NCBI RefSeq assembly: GCF_009914755.1
Contig: NC_060940.1
Reading direction: 5' to 3' (one strand)
DNA: 64,000 nucleotides
Source: the human T2T-CHM13v2.0 reference genome, Homo sapiens
Part shown: positions 26,672 through 40,149 of the stretch, piece by piece
Position numbering within the stretch: position 1 is the first letter of the stretch
How the letters are laid out: each line of letters opens with the position of its first letter
The notes under the pieces: model-generated
What the model saw: only the letters and a program-made list of their open reading frames with translations
Database searches by the model: none
What the model was told of the DNA's origin: nothing
Position numbers and translations under genes: made by a program

Positions 26672-28649
26672 GTGCTCCTCTTAAAGTGATGTTGATTGTA
26701 TATTCTCCAAAAAATTAGGATAACTAAGATAATTCTATTTCCTCCTGATCTGCTCTGTAGACTGTCACTGATGTATGGAGATGGCTCTGAAATAGTGAGG
26801 AAGGGAAGGTACATCTCAGCTTTTGATAGTAGAGTCACCGTAATTTTTTAAAATTGGGTTTATGCATGCCAAGCTCTCAGTACTGAGAAGTAATATGGCT
26901 GTAACTGATAGATATATTTCCTGAGTTTCTCTTAGTTTATAGAAATCACACACACACAGAGACAGACAGACAGACACACACACGTTAAAAGAAAATGTGT
27001 TCAACTTTCTCTCTCAAGAACTAATTGCCTTTGGTCCATAATCTATAATGGCTTCATAACAACTGTTATGCACTATTGGATGAATATGTAATTGAATCAG
27101 TTTAAAAAAAGAACCAATCCTGTAATAGTCAACAGACTGGACCACCAAGGAGTTGGGGAGAGATTAAAGGAATTTCCAAGCCCAACAGACCGTAGCTGTC
27201 ACAGCCACGTGGGTAGACACTTTTGCCAGTGACAAGGCAAGGTGTAACAACTCCTTTGGTCATGTCATGGCCTAATTACACACTTTTTAGGTCGCAGATC
27301 ATTGACTTGATAGGCCACAAAAAAGGAAATAAAGCCTGTCTTTTCAGTAGCAGCATCAGAACCCTTCAGCTGTGAAGGGTTTAGAGGCAGGTTGGGAAAG
27401 CCTAATGCTTTCTAGGTGTAGCTCTGTTGAGAATATACATGCAAAGCCCTATGAATGAGCCATTTCTATTGCTAAAAAAAAACCTACATTCTAGAAGACA
27501 GTAATCCAGTAAAGCAGAAGATAGAATATCTTAGCTCATGCAGCATTTGTGGATGTGGCAATAAAAATTAAACCGCTCCACTTTGTTACGTTGTTCTTTG
27601 TTTGGGTTTTATGTCACTAGGTAGTATACTATGGATGGTAGTATACTATCTTTCAAGATAAGATGAAATTTTTCAGTAAAAGTGTCTAATATTTCATTTT
27701 AAGTTATCAAAGCAAGTTCTGACTCTGTACTTACCACAAGTTGAAATTCTTTTCCAGAAGAACTGATTTCTATTTCAATGTGTCCTCTAATTTATTTCCA
27801 CTTTTGTGTGTAGTACATGCATGTAAGCAGTCACCAGACAGAAATGACTTATGGCTTCCTTGGTGTAAATCACAATGCTTGGTTCCTGTGGAATTAGGCA
27901 CTTCTCAAAAACTATAATGAATTTCATATTTAATTAACATATGAAACATTTAGAATAGGGGCCACTATTGGAATTTGAGGGGATGGGAGTCTGTGGGGCA
28001 AAAACTAGGGAGAATAGAAGGAGTAACTAGTCACTTTTCTTTTTTTCCAAGCTAATTATTGATACATTATGATGTGTGACTGTTCAAATAGATTAACAGA
28101 TTTCTGAAAGCTGAAACATAATCGAAGCCAAATATTCTCGTAATTATCCCAATCATTTAGATTGAAATGCTTTGGCCTGAGATTATAGAAATATGCCACA
28201 CATATGATAAGCTAAATCAGTGGTTCTAACGGGTCTTGGGGACCTGGAATTTAAAGAAAAAAAAAACATGATTGTTAGATGCTTTTAACATCCTCTCAAT
28301 TCTTGCCTTTCATGGTTTCAATTTTGTAATTTAAAATTTTAGAATGTATTAAGAGATGAAGAACTTGTTTTTTCCACCATTTCTGCTTTGTTAGAGTGTT
28401 TGTGGATGACTACTACCAAACAGAATATGAGCCCAGGTAGTGGGAGTGGAGGCACTTTAATAATTCTTCCTGGACAATACCAGCTTCCCTGTTTTTTCAG
28501 AATGATCGTTTCCCCACTATTTTTGTTTTCTTCCATTTCTGTCTCCCAAACTTAGAAAATGAACAAATGGGGGAAAAGGGGGATTAACTTGTTCTGTTTT
28601 GAAATTTCAAGATTTGAGTGGATCATCTAAAAAGCCTGCAGAGCCTTGC

Positions 28650-28800
28650 CTTGTAAAGTGTCGTTTCCAGACCAACACCATTGGGCTCACCAGGAGCCTG
28701 TGAGAATGTAGAATCCCAAACCCCAGTCCCAGCCGTGCTGAACCAGAAGCTGCACTTTCCAGACTCCAGAATGACTAGTGAAGTTTGAGAAGCCCCACTT
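28650..28800. mobile_element. MER5-family fragment
   Basis: caccaggagcctgtgagaatgtagaatc...gaaccagaagctgcacttt...aagtttgagaagc. Confidence 0.6.
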
Positions 28801-29529
28801 TAGAGAACAAGCTTCTGTTCTACCCCGATATGCCATAATGTTGACAAAGGGTTGTCCTGCCACAAACCTTGCAAGAGATAAGAGGATCTATCTTTATAAA
28901 TTATTGACTTTTATTACCATTGCCTCTCTACTCTCCCTTCTTCAATGAGAGAGTAAGAACTATCAACAGCTGAGTGACTTCTTCCCTCTCCTGGCCCAGG
29001 GCCACAATTAATTCTTTACCCCAAAAGATCCGTGGACGGAAACAGTTATTTATGCTAACATCGTGTCATTAATTGCATAGATTCACGCTAATATAAAGGA
29101 GTACCTGAAAAAGTTCCATCTGATTTCACTTTACTGACCCTCAGTTTTTTCCTATGCTAAGTGGAAAGCATGGTACTAATTAGAATCAGAAAGAGATGAA
29201 GAAGGTGAACATTATAAACTGAAAGAGGTGGTGCAAATGTTATCAATAACTCGGTTTCAGATTGACATATTTTGGAATGTATGCTAGTATTTGCAGTGAA
29301 TATATAGAGGCAGTAGCAAGTACATTAAATTAAATGCATTTAAAAATGTAAGGTTATTTTTAGTCTAGGCAATCCCTAAGACACACTGTAACACTAACCC
29401 TCTGGGAACCTGTGCCTTGCTTAGCATCCCAGGACTTGTAGGTAACTGTGTCAAGATTTGAAATCAGGTCTTTTATTCTCATTGGACCTACTCTGATATA
29501 GACATGCACTAGCAAATCATTGCTGTTGA

Positions 29530-29770
29530 TACAGAGAATAGGATTACAGATTGAGATTTACACCTGGGTCCTGAATCTCTGTGAGGTTACTTACTACACG
29601 AGATAATTTGGGCAGGCCAACATTGAGCTAGTTGACCCTCAACTGCCTCATCTATAAAGTGGGATTAATGGATGACCATTGCTTCTTTGCGTGGTTGTGA
29701 GAATCCATTGCTGTCATGAACAGAAAGCCCCTCTAAGAGATCCTGACACTTAGTTCTCAGGATATTAGCA
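29530..29770 (+). mobile_element. MIR
   Basis: acctgggtcctgaatc...ttgggcagg...cctcatctataaagtgggattaat. Confidence 0.65.
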
Positions 29771-31851
29771 GCAGCAGCATCATTGAACTGTGGGATTATC
29801 GTGTTCTGTTCTCGAGTGAAAAAAAAAACAAGGAGTTTCCTGTGGAAACGGGTTTTATGAGTTAGAATAATTTTTGACTAAATACATTTGTTTTTGGTTG
29901 TTTTAAAATCTTGACTTCTACCCTAGAAATATAAACATAGGTTGGGGAATAGAAATTGGGAACCGCAAGATCAAATATCCTATCCTTCTTTTTCACCCTG
30001 TGCCTTGGATATTTGTTATCTTTTCTGCTCATGGATCAGCTTAGGCCACCACACATGCATTAGCTTTGTAGAAGAAATGCCCAATCTCCCAGTATAAACC
30101 CAGCCTTCGAACTATCACCGCTTTGGATTTTTGTAAAACCAATTGCCTGCCCTCTTCTTTGGGTGGAGAGAGAAAGAGACTTTCCTTTAGGAGTCTACAC
30201 AGACAAAAAAAGAAAAAGCCAATTTTTCTACCAATAAAATGACTTCACATTTGTTTCTCATTCAACTTGCACAAAAGGTCTGGGAAGGGCATGTACTGTT
30301 TTTATATCTCAATTTTTCCAAATGAAGAAACTGAGGTCCAGACAGGTGAAATGAATTTTCTATTGGAATACAGCTTATATGCAACAAAGCATGGTTTTCA
30401 GATTCACGGTTGGTTCTCTTTCACCTGAGCCTAGACAAGAAGTGCAGTGGGAACTGGGGAGAATGTTAAATGTTGGAGGAACTAAAATGACAAAAGGGAA
30501 CTGTTCAAGGTCTCCAAGTAATGGAGATGAACTTGGGTTTGAATTTCCAAAACTCAGATCTTTTTTTGGTAGAATAGCCAAACTGGGGAGAGATTCACAG
30601 ACCTTATCTTCTTTCTGTTTAAGCTTCTTTACGTATATCATGTTAGCAATAGGAACTGTGTCTAAATGAAATGTTTTTAAGTGTATTTTCATGTGTTCCC
30701 CCTTTTCAAAAAGAGATAGGTGTAGGACCTTTGAGAGCTTTCTATAATCAATCTGTTTGGTTACTTGTCTGTGTATACCCTGTCTCATTCTACAATTTGC
30801 CACAGTGTATTGAAGTACACGTGACAACACTAAACTGAATAAAAGTGACAGGGCAGGTAAAAAATATGAATCTGAATGGGATTTGTACCATTCTGGAGTA
30901 GAGTATTAGTATTTTATGTGGAAAGGAGGTAAAATACTGATTGCAAGGAACCTCCCTTTGAAGGTGATAAAACTGAAATATAAATTAGATTATGAGCTTC
31001 CAGACAGGCAAGTCCAAGATACTCCAGTGATTTAAAGGATATGAGCATAGCATCAGACCCCTTAGACTTAGCTCAGTGCCTGATATGTAGCAAGCCCCTC
31101 ATTTACAATCTGAGGGCTGAATGATGTGAGTCAACTCTTTGGTAAGATCAGCAATATGAATTTTAATAGGTACATCCTATCTGCATATTATGTTTAATAT
31201 TCAGAAAACACTCATGGCTGAGTTCCATATGGCACGTCTAGCAATTTTAACAACAAGAATAAACTGATTATTGTGACTTTCCACCTTAATTTTACATGTA
31301 AAAAAGGAAGCAACCTGGTAAGCATGATTATAAGACAATTACTAATTATAACTACTATAATTAGTATAATTAGCAATTAAAATATTAAGTATAAAATGTT
31401 AAAAATCAACACTAGTGCAATTTAAACCCAAAAGACACAACTGTTTCCTGAAGAGGCAAGATACATATGTTCAGAGAGGTATTCATACAGTGAGATGAGT
31501 TCTCCGTGCTGGCTGACAGATGAGAATCAACCCCAGGGGTTTTTCAGGCATATCTGTACATGGGAACCACTCTCAAAGATGCTCAAGTTAAATGACCGGG
31601 GTGTGGGCCTGGTCATTGGTATTTTATTTAAAAAACAATCCTAGCTGAATATTTATTAAAAAACAAAGTATTGGCTGGGCAGTCAGGGCTAAAAACCTCT
31701 GCCTTATAAACAACAGATATCCCAATACGTACAGGTAGAATTGGATTTTGTCCCACTGCTATCCTGGGGCATCTTGGCTGCCATCTACCAGGCCAGAAGA
31801 CCAACTTCTCAGCTGTAGGGATTGCCTAGTAGGCATCCTTGGAAGGTTTAA

Positions 31852-31852
<1 letters not shown>

Positions 31853-31911
<59 letters not shown>
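31853..31911. repeat. (TG)n(AG)n compound microsatellite
   Basis: Seen directly. Confidence 0.95.
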
Positions 31912-32589
31912 TTCAATATTCATAGCATTGGATACAAGAAGAATCTTGCTATGAGTGATATCGATCCTGAGATCTATTTAACAATAGCAATGTAACAGAA
32001 TTAAGAAGCCAAATAATGAGAAGTGACCAGAATCTTTGCCCATAAGACTTAAAGACAGTATTATTTGCTATGGGGAATGTTTACGTCCCACCTGCCCGCA
32101 CCAAAAGTTTTCTCTGACTTGATATCTAGCATCTCATGTCCCCTCCAGCAACACAGGCTGGCTACTGTTTTAATTTAACTCTGAGAATTCAGCTGTGGGT
32201 AATTTTTCAGAAGGAAAACTGCCAAGAGATGAGATTTAACCTAAGGAACAAAAGTGGGCTATGAGGGTGATATGCGGCAATCCACAGGACTAATTTAAGT
32301 GTACCACCAGCTGAGGCAGATAGAGTATAGATGGTTGATCTATAAAACCATCTTAAAAGATTAGTCAGGCTAGTGACATAAGAGTGAAAGAGACAGACCA
32401 TGGCATATGCCATTTCATAATCAAGTTGTTGTTAGAATATGTTTTTAATTCTTTCTCTCAATTATTCTCAAAGAGGAGTTCAAATATTTCTTAGAGGAAA
32501 TGAAGATTCAGAATGTTAAGTTACTCCACAGAGACATCACACCTCACTGCTGATTAAATACCCCCTACGTGAATGTTCCAAGCAGAACC

Positions 32590-32812
32590 TTAGATAGTAA
32601 AAGCTTGGTCTTGAGCCAAGCCAACTGTGTTCAGGTTTCACCTCTACCACTTAACAGCTGCTCGCATTATGTAACTTTTCCATGCCTCAGTTTCGTCATC
32701 TACAAGACGAGGATAAAAAGAAGGGTTATAAGAAAAATTAAATGAATACATAGGTATGACACTTGGCAACTTGCAGTCATAAGTGCCCCATCAGTGTTAG
32801 ATAGTAGCCGTT
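32590..32812 (+). mobile_element. MIR
   Basis: ctctaccacttaacagctg...tgcctcagtttcgtcatctacaa. Confidence 0.7.
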
Positions 32813-33734
32813 GCAATCAACATTCCCATGAGCCAAGACAAACACAGCCTTCTCCCTTAAACTCAATTTGGCCATTTCATCATTTTTCATACATTGGTAA
32901 TCCTTCCTCTTCTCCACCCCCAACCAAGCCTTCCCAGTTCAAAATAATCTTCCTGGGACAGGTGAGCTTTGAAGTGAAAATGGGAATGAACTTGCAGATT
33001 TTTCAGCAAGGTTGCCCAAACTTCAAGGTAAGAAGCAGCAGGAGGCGTGATTCCCTCACAGCAGAATCTGCTACCTACAGAACAGTGAAAATGAGTGCCT
33101 GTGGAGCTGATCAACAGGCAGGCCTGAGTTCTTATTAAGTGTATAGATTACCAGACCTCTCTCCTGGAAATTCTGATTCAGGTGGTCAGAGTTGAAACCC
33201 AGGAATCTATGCCTTGAATGAGCACTCTAGGCATTCTTATCTTCAGGGAAGTTGGAGAAATTTTGGAGTGGAAGAGAGGTAGAATATAGAAAAGTTGTGG
33301 GTGACAGGAATGGGAAAATACAGAAGTAGGGGCCAACTCAAAGAAAAATGGAAAAACCCAAGCAAGGATGATCTTGAGTAAATGCATAAGAAGTGGTCCA
33401 TTAAGAGGAACAGGTAAGGAAGAACTCAAATACCAAGAGTATGATATGGCCACTGTAGAGCAGTTTCTCTTTCAGGATGAGGTTTAAAGTCAACTCTTAG
33501 AAGGCATCTAGAAACTAGAAGTACCCTTTCTTGGATACTGTATCAGGTTTGTGTGGTTGCATAGTCTAAAACCTAAGTAGCTAGGTTGCCCTGGAGGCAA
33601 GCATGGTGGCCAAACAGAAGCTGCAAAAGTAGAAACCAAAGTTGGAAGAGATTCAGTGATTCAACTCCCTTGAATCCCTTCCTTGAATCCACTTCCTTGA
33701 ATCTCTTGAATCCCTCTGCCTTGGTGCCATAACA

Positions 33735-34095
33735 CTGCTTCTCAGCTGGGCCACATATTAGAGTCACCTATAGAGCATTTTCCGAACTACTTTCCAGGCC
33801 CTACCCCAGATCAATTAAAGCAGAAACCTCAGGAATGGGCCCTATCACTGGCACTCTCTTAACCTCTATGAATCTAAGGAGCAGCCAAGGTGAGGACCAT
33901 TCACCTCAACAAGTGATTTTCAAATGAAGAACGTTAGCACATTAGAATCACTTGGAAGCATTTAAAAACTGCTGAGGCCCGAGACCCAGTTTCAGAGGTT
34001 ACCATTTAATTGGTCTTCAGTGTAGCTTGGTAACCAGAAATTTTTAGAAGTGCACCAATTATTTACAATGTGCAGCCAAGGTTGAGAACGACTCA
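33735..34095. mobile_element. Two adjacent MER5-family fragments
   Basis: attagagtcaccta...ccctaccccaga and attagaatcacttggaagc...atgtgcagccaaggttgagaac. Confidence 0.6.
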
Positions 34096-35009
34096 GCCAG
34101 ACTTGTTTTATGAACAACTAAGGAACAGACCAGTTTGTGGAAAATCAGGTGCATTTTGAAGTTTAAATTCACGGGTCTGTGTTGAGAGAAAGCAGCACAC
34201 TAGGGTTTGCATAAGGAGACAGACCCTGGTACCAGCCTTCTTTCTTCTCCTGAGAGGCAGCCCCACTGTCCAGAATATACCTGCATTGTTCTGATCTTTT
34301 AATTTTTCCTGAAGTTGTTTGGATATAGCGGAGACATTCGTCTCTTTGATCATATGTGTCTCTGGTCATCTGGGGCAAATGGCTTGAGAGAGGGTCATAG
34401 ATGATCCATTTATGGGCCCTCTAAATCAATAGTCTTAATGTTCAAGGTGAAACAGCTGTACATAAAATGGCATAACATGGTGAATATAGACAGCAACATG
34501 CAATCTCCCCTTAGAACTGTACCAGAATTCTTCTGTTGTCCTGACACTGCAGGCCACCAAAGCCAATCTGATTTTACAGACATTTCCTGTTAATTGCACT
34601 TACCGATTGATGAAAGCATTGTTCAGGGAAGTAGTGATCACACAGATTGAATTCATGGAATTAATTAACGAACTCTATAGAAAGGCACTTTCTGACACCT
34701 TATGGTGACCTTTCTGGGATGTAGTGGGATTGTTTATGTGGATTAAAAAATAAAATAGTACAGAATGGATACGTCAAAAAAATACTTAACTGGTAGCTGT
34801 TAACTCCTTTTAAATGTCACTATTATTGAGAACTCTGCCTTGAAAACAGATGTGAATTTGTAGTCAGAAGTAATCTAAGCCAACTCTTTTGAAGAGGTTG
34901 AGTTGTCAAAGGGAGTAGTCCCTTTTGTTCTGAAACTTAGGGATCAAGAAGAGACCAGGGGTAAAAAATAAAATAAAAATCAATACACATAGGTTTTCAA
35001 AAAAAAAAA

Positions 35010-35137
35010 GTGGGGGAGAGAAAGAATGAAGGGAAAATGAAAGGAGAGAAAGAACGGAAAGAAAACGGAAAGGAAAGGAGAAAAGGAAGGAAAGGGTAGG
35101 AGAGGAAAAGAGGAAGAAAGGAGGAAGGAAAAAGGGT
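35010..35137. repeat. GA-rich polypurine tract
   Basis: Nearly pure A/G for about 125 nt. Confidence 0.85.
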
Positions 35138-36943
35138 AGTTTAAGGTTAAGTGCAGACTCAAAAAGAATATTTTCAAGGACACCATCATACTATAAAATT
35201 CTGAAACAATTTTTAAAAACAAGCCTAGTTTCTTAGAGGGCTGTTTCTATTCATACTTGTAGGTTGCATTTTAAAAGTTACCTATTCGTTCAGTCACAAT
35301 TTTACATCTGTTTTTGTCTCCAAGTGGCTTTCCTCATGTCTAGCACATTGGACAGTTCCTTAGGGAAAATTGCAGAAAGGGAACACAAGCTAGCAATCTG
35401 TTCTAGGATTAGGCAGTAGAAATTGGGTAGAGCTGCCCCACCCTCCTGCCATAGATATGTGAATGCCTAGTGCAAAGACCTTGCCGCTTTGGATAAATCA
35501 TGTCGCCATTCTTGCTTACGGTAGCATTCTTAGGAGCATTCTGTAAATAGAGGTTATTCTAAGTGCCTGTTTTGTGCAGCCCAGAATATCATACCTGTAG
35601 TTAGGAATTCCCGTGTTATTGCCCCTTCTATAAGTCAAAGGTGAGTAAGTCAAATATTCAACCAAAATATCTCCTTTGTTTTCAGGGATAAATTTTATTG
35701 CTCCTCTAACATAGGGAATCTGGGGCCAGATATTCATGCGGCTCAAAAAGTCTGTGTCAAAAAGCCCAAAATCTTATGTTAACTTTTATTGTCTTAAGGA
35801 AAGTGATAAACTTAGTTGTGACTTGTTATGTAGGAGAAAAGTACTAAAAATATTATTCTCAAAGCATGTATAACTTGTTTATATTTTATTGGTGTAGAAA
35901 TGACTAGAATTTAACTGAATGTGAAATTCTAGGGAATATTCAAATGGCAGCTCTATTTATATTCCAGGGTGTACCTCTTGCAACAGTAAAACTTTCTTAA
36001 GATGTTTTAAGAAATGCTCCATCACTAGATACCTTTTGAAGCACTGAAACATTTGAACAAAACCAATCATACTAAGAAGAAAAATGCATTTATCTTGGTT
36101 CTTGGTGATCCATAAGCATGGTAAAAATCTAACCGATGAAAACCCAGAGCCCCTGTACTGCTACTTTTGAGGCATTTACGAACCTAGCCAACCTCATTGT
36201 GCCATTTTTATAATTTGACTCAGACGATCTTATTTGTAGACGAATTAGTACCTCTGAATTAGAACACATTATATCGTGGAAGTGTCACAGTTGGAAACGT
36301 CTTAAGAGAGTTTTATCATCTTTCTGGGTTTACTAAAAGTAAAATAGCATTTTCTATTTTCATTATTTTTAATACTGCATCATTAAAAATAATTAGGGTT
36401 TATTTCAATTGACAAGTTCTCTTAGCTCTATGTAGCAAGCTGGGTTTGATGAGGAAATTATTATCCATAACACATCACCATATAAAATTGTCTTCTGAAA
36501 TGACAGCACTTTTTCTTATTTTTTTTTGATATTATAAGTCTAGAATTTTATAATTTTTCTAGCTAGCTGTAGTATACCCTATTTCTTAATCATTAGTCCC
36601 ATTTTAAAAAGTAATCTCTTTAGCATAGAAAGTCATATGAGCACAATTTGAAATGCTTTAGCCTTAGAAACATATCCTGGCATGTTTTGGTAACACATAG
36701 TATTAATATTTGGTGCAACAGCTTGTACATAGTTCGTATTCTGACATTACCATGACTTTAAGAGGTCCCCGCATGCTTATTTCATGATCTTTCTAAACTC
36801 TGAGGTACATCAGCACATTTCCTCGCAACATCCATTCACACGCAGCACCCTTCCCTCCCCTCATCTGTACACATCGAAGCAATTGGCAGAGAGCACATTT
36901 CCCCCTGAGCGAGCAGTATTGTGAATTTTATCTTCTCTTCCAG

Positions 36944-36996
36944 AAATCAGTTCGTCTTCGTTGCAGCAGATGAAATTTCTTGTAACACCTCTGCAG
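36944..36996 (+). CDS. RBFOX1: RBFOX1 frame-shifting cassette exon A53 (53 nt), (R)NQFVFVAADEISCNTSA(V)
   Basis: Acceptor tcttctcttccag| and donor CAG|gtaaca, 53 nt. Inclusion shifts the next exon into the frame ending TALVP, the known cytoplasmic RBFOX1 C-terminus. Confidence 0.95.
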
Positions 36997-39035
36997 GTAA
37001 CAAACGTTGCTACTTCTTGATGCATCCATCCAAGTCTCAGTATCCTTTTTTTTTTTTTTTTTTCTTCTTCACATGCTGCAGTTGGTCACTCTAGAAAGTT
37101 TAGTTAAGAAAAAAAAAAAAGATCTTATATCTTTGGAGTACAGCTGAAGCCTTGAGGCTCTGCCATATAAGACGACATTAGGCATTTTGCTAACTTTGAT
37201 GTTTTATTTCTGGTTTTAATAATACATGGTCCAGAAAAGTAAGAGTATGTTGAATGAATCCACAAGAAAATCTTACAGTATAATCAGTGCTCTTATGGTA
37301 AAATAGGGAACAGGAAGATTAGGTACACAGACGTATGACTTCCATGTTTTTTGACGTGTTATGTCTGGGTTCAGAGAGACTGATGTGTGAATTATTTGGG
37401 ATCTTTATGGAATATTAGAGGCTGTAAAAGACTGAATCTATAAAGCTTAGAGGCATTCGAGAATATAATTATCTCTGTCTTATAAGAAGGGGATCTTCAT
37501 TCTATTAGCCAAAGATCCTCTATTTCCTTTCTTATAAAACATCTCTCAAGTAGCAGGACTTAGAGAGACCAGGTCTTTTGGTTTTGAAACCAGGACATTG
37601 GCAAATGGAAATTGCATAGCTGCATGATACGTCCATCAAAATAACACCTGTCTTTTTTCTTTGATGTGGTTCAGAACAGTTAAATTTGTACTTTGATTAG
37701 TATGGAGTTAATTAAATGCCAAGATAGGTGAGTGCCTTAACACTAGATTTCCTTCTTTTTCCTTTTGTCGTTTTTAAGCCTAAACTATGACCAAAACAAT
37801 CACTAGGAAGTCTTGCCAATGTGTTGCTTTCAGCCTGCGAGGGAGGACGTTACAACTTATCACTACATAACTGAGCATCCCATGACCTTCAGACACATAC
37901 ATTAAACTGAACCTTACAAATAAACACTCATCTGTTACCTTTTATCAATGCTGCAGTAAAGAAAGGCTTATGTGCCAATGTTTCACTCCCTATTTACTGC
38001 CTTTGGTGAGAATGAATGAATGAAAGGAAGGACAGAGAGCTAGGAACATGCACCCAACTATCTCTGTTCTAAAAGGCAGGGTCAGTTTTATTTATATGGT
38101 CAGCCTCAGCCTTCATAACGGTTTAAAGTCTTACCTGGTGAGTTCAAGAGGTATGCATGATGCATGCTGACATTTTAAAACAATGGTATACTCTTTCTAT
38201 AAAACCTCTTTGCTGATGGTCCTGCAATTTCCCTCTTAACCCCTAGACTCGTATCTCTGCTTCTCATTGTGAGAGGTGGCGACATCCTTAACACTTTACT
38301 AATGCCCAGTGCTAGGTGCAATGGTTAATTGAATTGCTGGGAGTGGCAGGGAATGTTCCTGCAATACAAAAGTTGTTTAACATTTTCAGAGCCTTAGTGG
38401 AATGGAGCATGAAACAAAAGGGGAGACCGCTTGGAATGGGAGGTAGGGGTGGGGAATAATGTTAATTTAAAATGTTCATAGGCCTCATGTATAGATGCCT
38501 CAGTGCACTAGAGCTTCTGCCTTCTGTTAACCCCTGTGCATGTTCCAGTATGTTAGGTTATATTTGGACATCTTAGATCAAACATGAAAAAGATATTGAT
38601 TTTGCCCCGTGACTTAAACCCTGCCTTATAAGCAAGTGATCCACACACAATATTTCTAAGAAAGGCGACAGAAAATGAAAGTTTGCATGCGTGTGGTGAG
38701 TGTTTCCATCTACCTAATCTAGATGGCTGCTCAGTAAATTCTTAATGAATTGCTATTGATCACATTTCAGATTGAGAGAGATATCCCTAGTCCTTTGATG
38801 GCCATTTTAATATTATGTTGCATGCTTCATAAGGTTCCGTTTGAACTCTGAATTTTGAATGAAGCATGAAAAAGGAGACACCCATATCCATCAAATGTCA
38901 GATTATCTCCCAGCAAGTTCACCTTGCTCATAGAGCGAAAATGAAAAATCAAAACTGCTCAGTCAACAAAGGTTGTAACTCGTGGTTTCAATGAAAGCCT
39001 TCTAGGGCATCATCTCCTACATGCTGAAAAACCTG

Positions 39036-39301
39036 CTTTGGGAGGCCAAGGTGGGTGGATCATGAGGGTCAGGAGTCTAAGACCAGCCTGGCCAACATGG
39101 TGAAACCCCATCTCTACTAAAAATACAAAAATTAGCCGGGTGTGGTGGCACATGCCTGTAATCCCAACTACTCAGGAGACTGAGGCAGAGAATTGCTTGA
39201 ACTGGGGAGGTGGAGGTTGCAGTGAGCAGAGACTGCGCCACTGCACTCCGGCCTGGACGACAGAGCAAGCCTCCATCAAAAAAAAAAAAAAAAAAAAAAA
39301 A
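39036..39301 (+). mobile_element. 5'-truncated Alu with poly(A) tail
   Basis: Starts at ctttgggaggccaagg. TSD-like aaaa(t)cctgct on both sides. Confidence 0.95.
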
Positions 39302-40149
39302 ATCCTGCTGTGCCCACTACCCACATTCTAAACAGCACTACTGTAATGAGCTCTCACCTCCTTATAAAAACATTTATTAGAGCAGGTGTATTGAATCCTG
39401 CTATCTACTGGATATCAGAGTTTGACAAAAGGCAAGTTCTCTATTTTTAAATGGAGAAAAAAAAATCAACATGCTTAAAATCTCAGTGTGGGGCTTGATG
39501 GATGTTATAACTGAAATTCTTATAAAGAGGTGCTATTGTCACATTGATGCCCATGGTGGATGGGCTAAGCATAGGCAGCCATCAGGGGCTTCGGGTGGAG
39601 ATAGTGAGATGAAAATCATTAAGCAGTAGAACAGCAGCATTTCAGGATTTGTTCTTCACGTTTCCCAAAGAAAAGCAATGCCTTTTACGTGGGTCTTGTG
39701 TCGAGAGTGCCAACACATCTGGTCTGCTTTTTCTAGCCACATGGAATAGGCATTTTTCATTAACATTTGTGGTCTGTGAGACTAATTTACAAGGATATCT
39801 ATTTTCTTACCTAGGAGTTTCAACAATGCTATTAGTTGTGTTGTTTTGTTTTGGTTTTTCCCAAAGAATGTGTGCTCTGTTGGGTATCACTTGGGACTAG
39901 GCTTTTATAACAGGGCAGGACACCTCCTAATGCATCCAGCTTGGACAACTGAGTAGGTCCTCATTCAGTAACATCAAGAACCTTTGATGAGTTGGATTCT
40001 TCAATAGATGGTGAAAAGGGAGTAAATGATTTTCCCTTCTTAGACGGGAGGTCTCCGTCTGTGATTCATTAGGAATTTTCCAGGGTGGGCTAGTGATTGT
40101 AGTAGTTGCAGAAGAAGGGTCTGGTATGAGAATGGAGGTTGAAAAGCAA

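Noticed and set aside
26476-26838. YI/TH/VC-repeat ORFs on both strands (also 7616..7957)
   Set aside because: Translations of dinucleotide microsatellites.
30375-30830. Overlapping antisense ORFs of 151 and 96 aa
   Set aside because: No homology recognised, no coding-like composition, AT-rich intron.
31340-31366. 11-bp inverted repeat TACTAATTATA/TATAATTAGTA, and 8-bp hairpin CTGTCAGT/ACTGACAG near 50658
   Set aside because: Short inverted repeats of this size are expected by chance, especially in AT-rich sequence.
31813-31886. TDP-43-repressed cryptic exon next to a (TG)n repeat (also near 41810)
   Set aside because: Candidate splice sites are weak (ag|gtttaa) and cannot be supported without junction data.
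36690-36900. CaRRE1-like (CACATNRTTAT) depolarisation element upstream of A53
   Set aside because: Only partial matches (for example CACATAGTAT). The region is CA-rich but I see no exact consensus.
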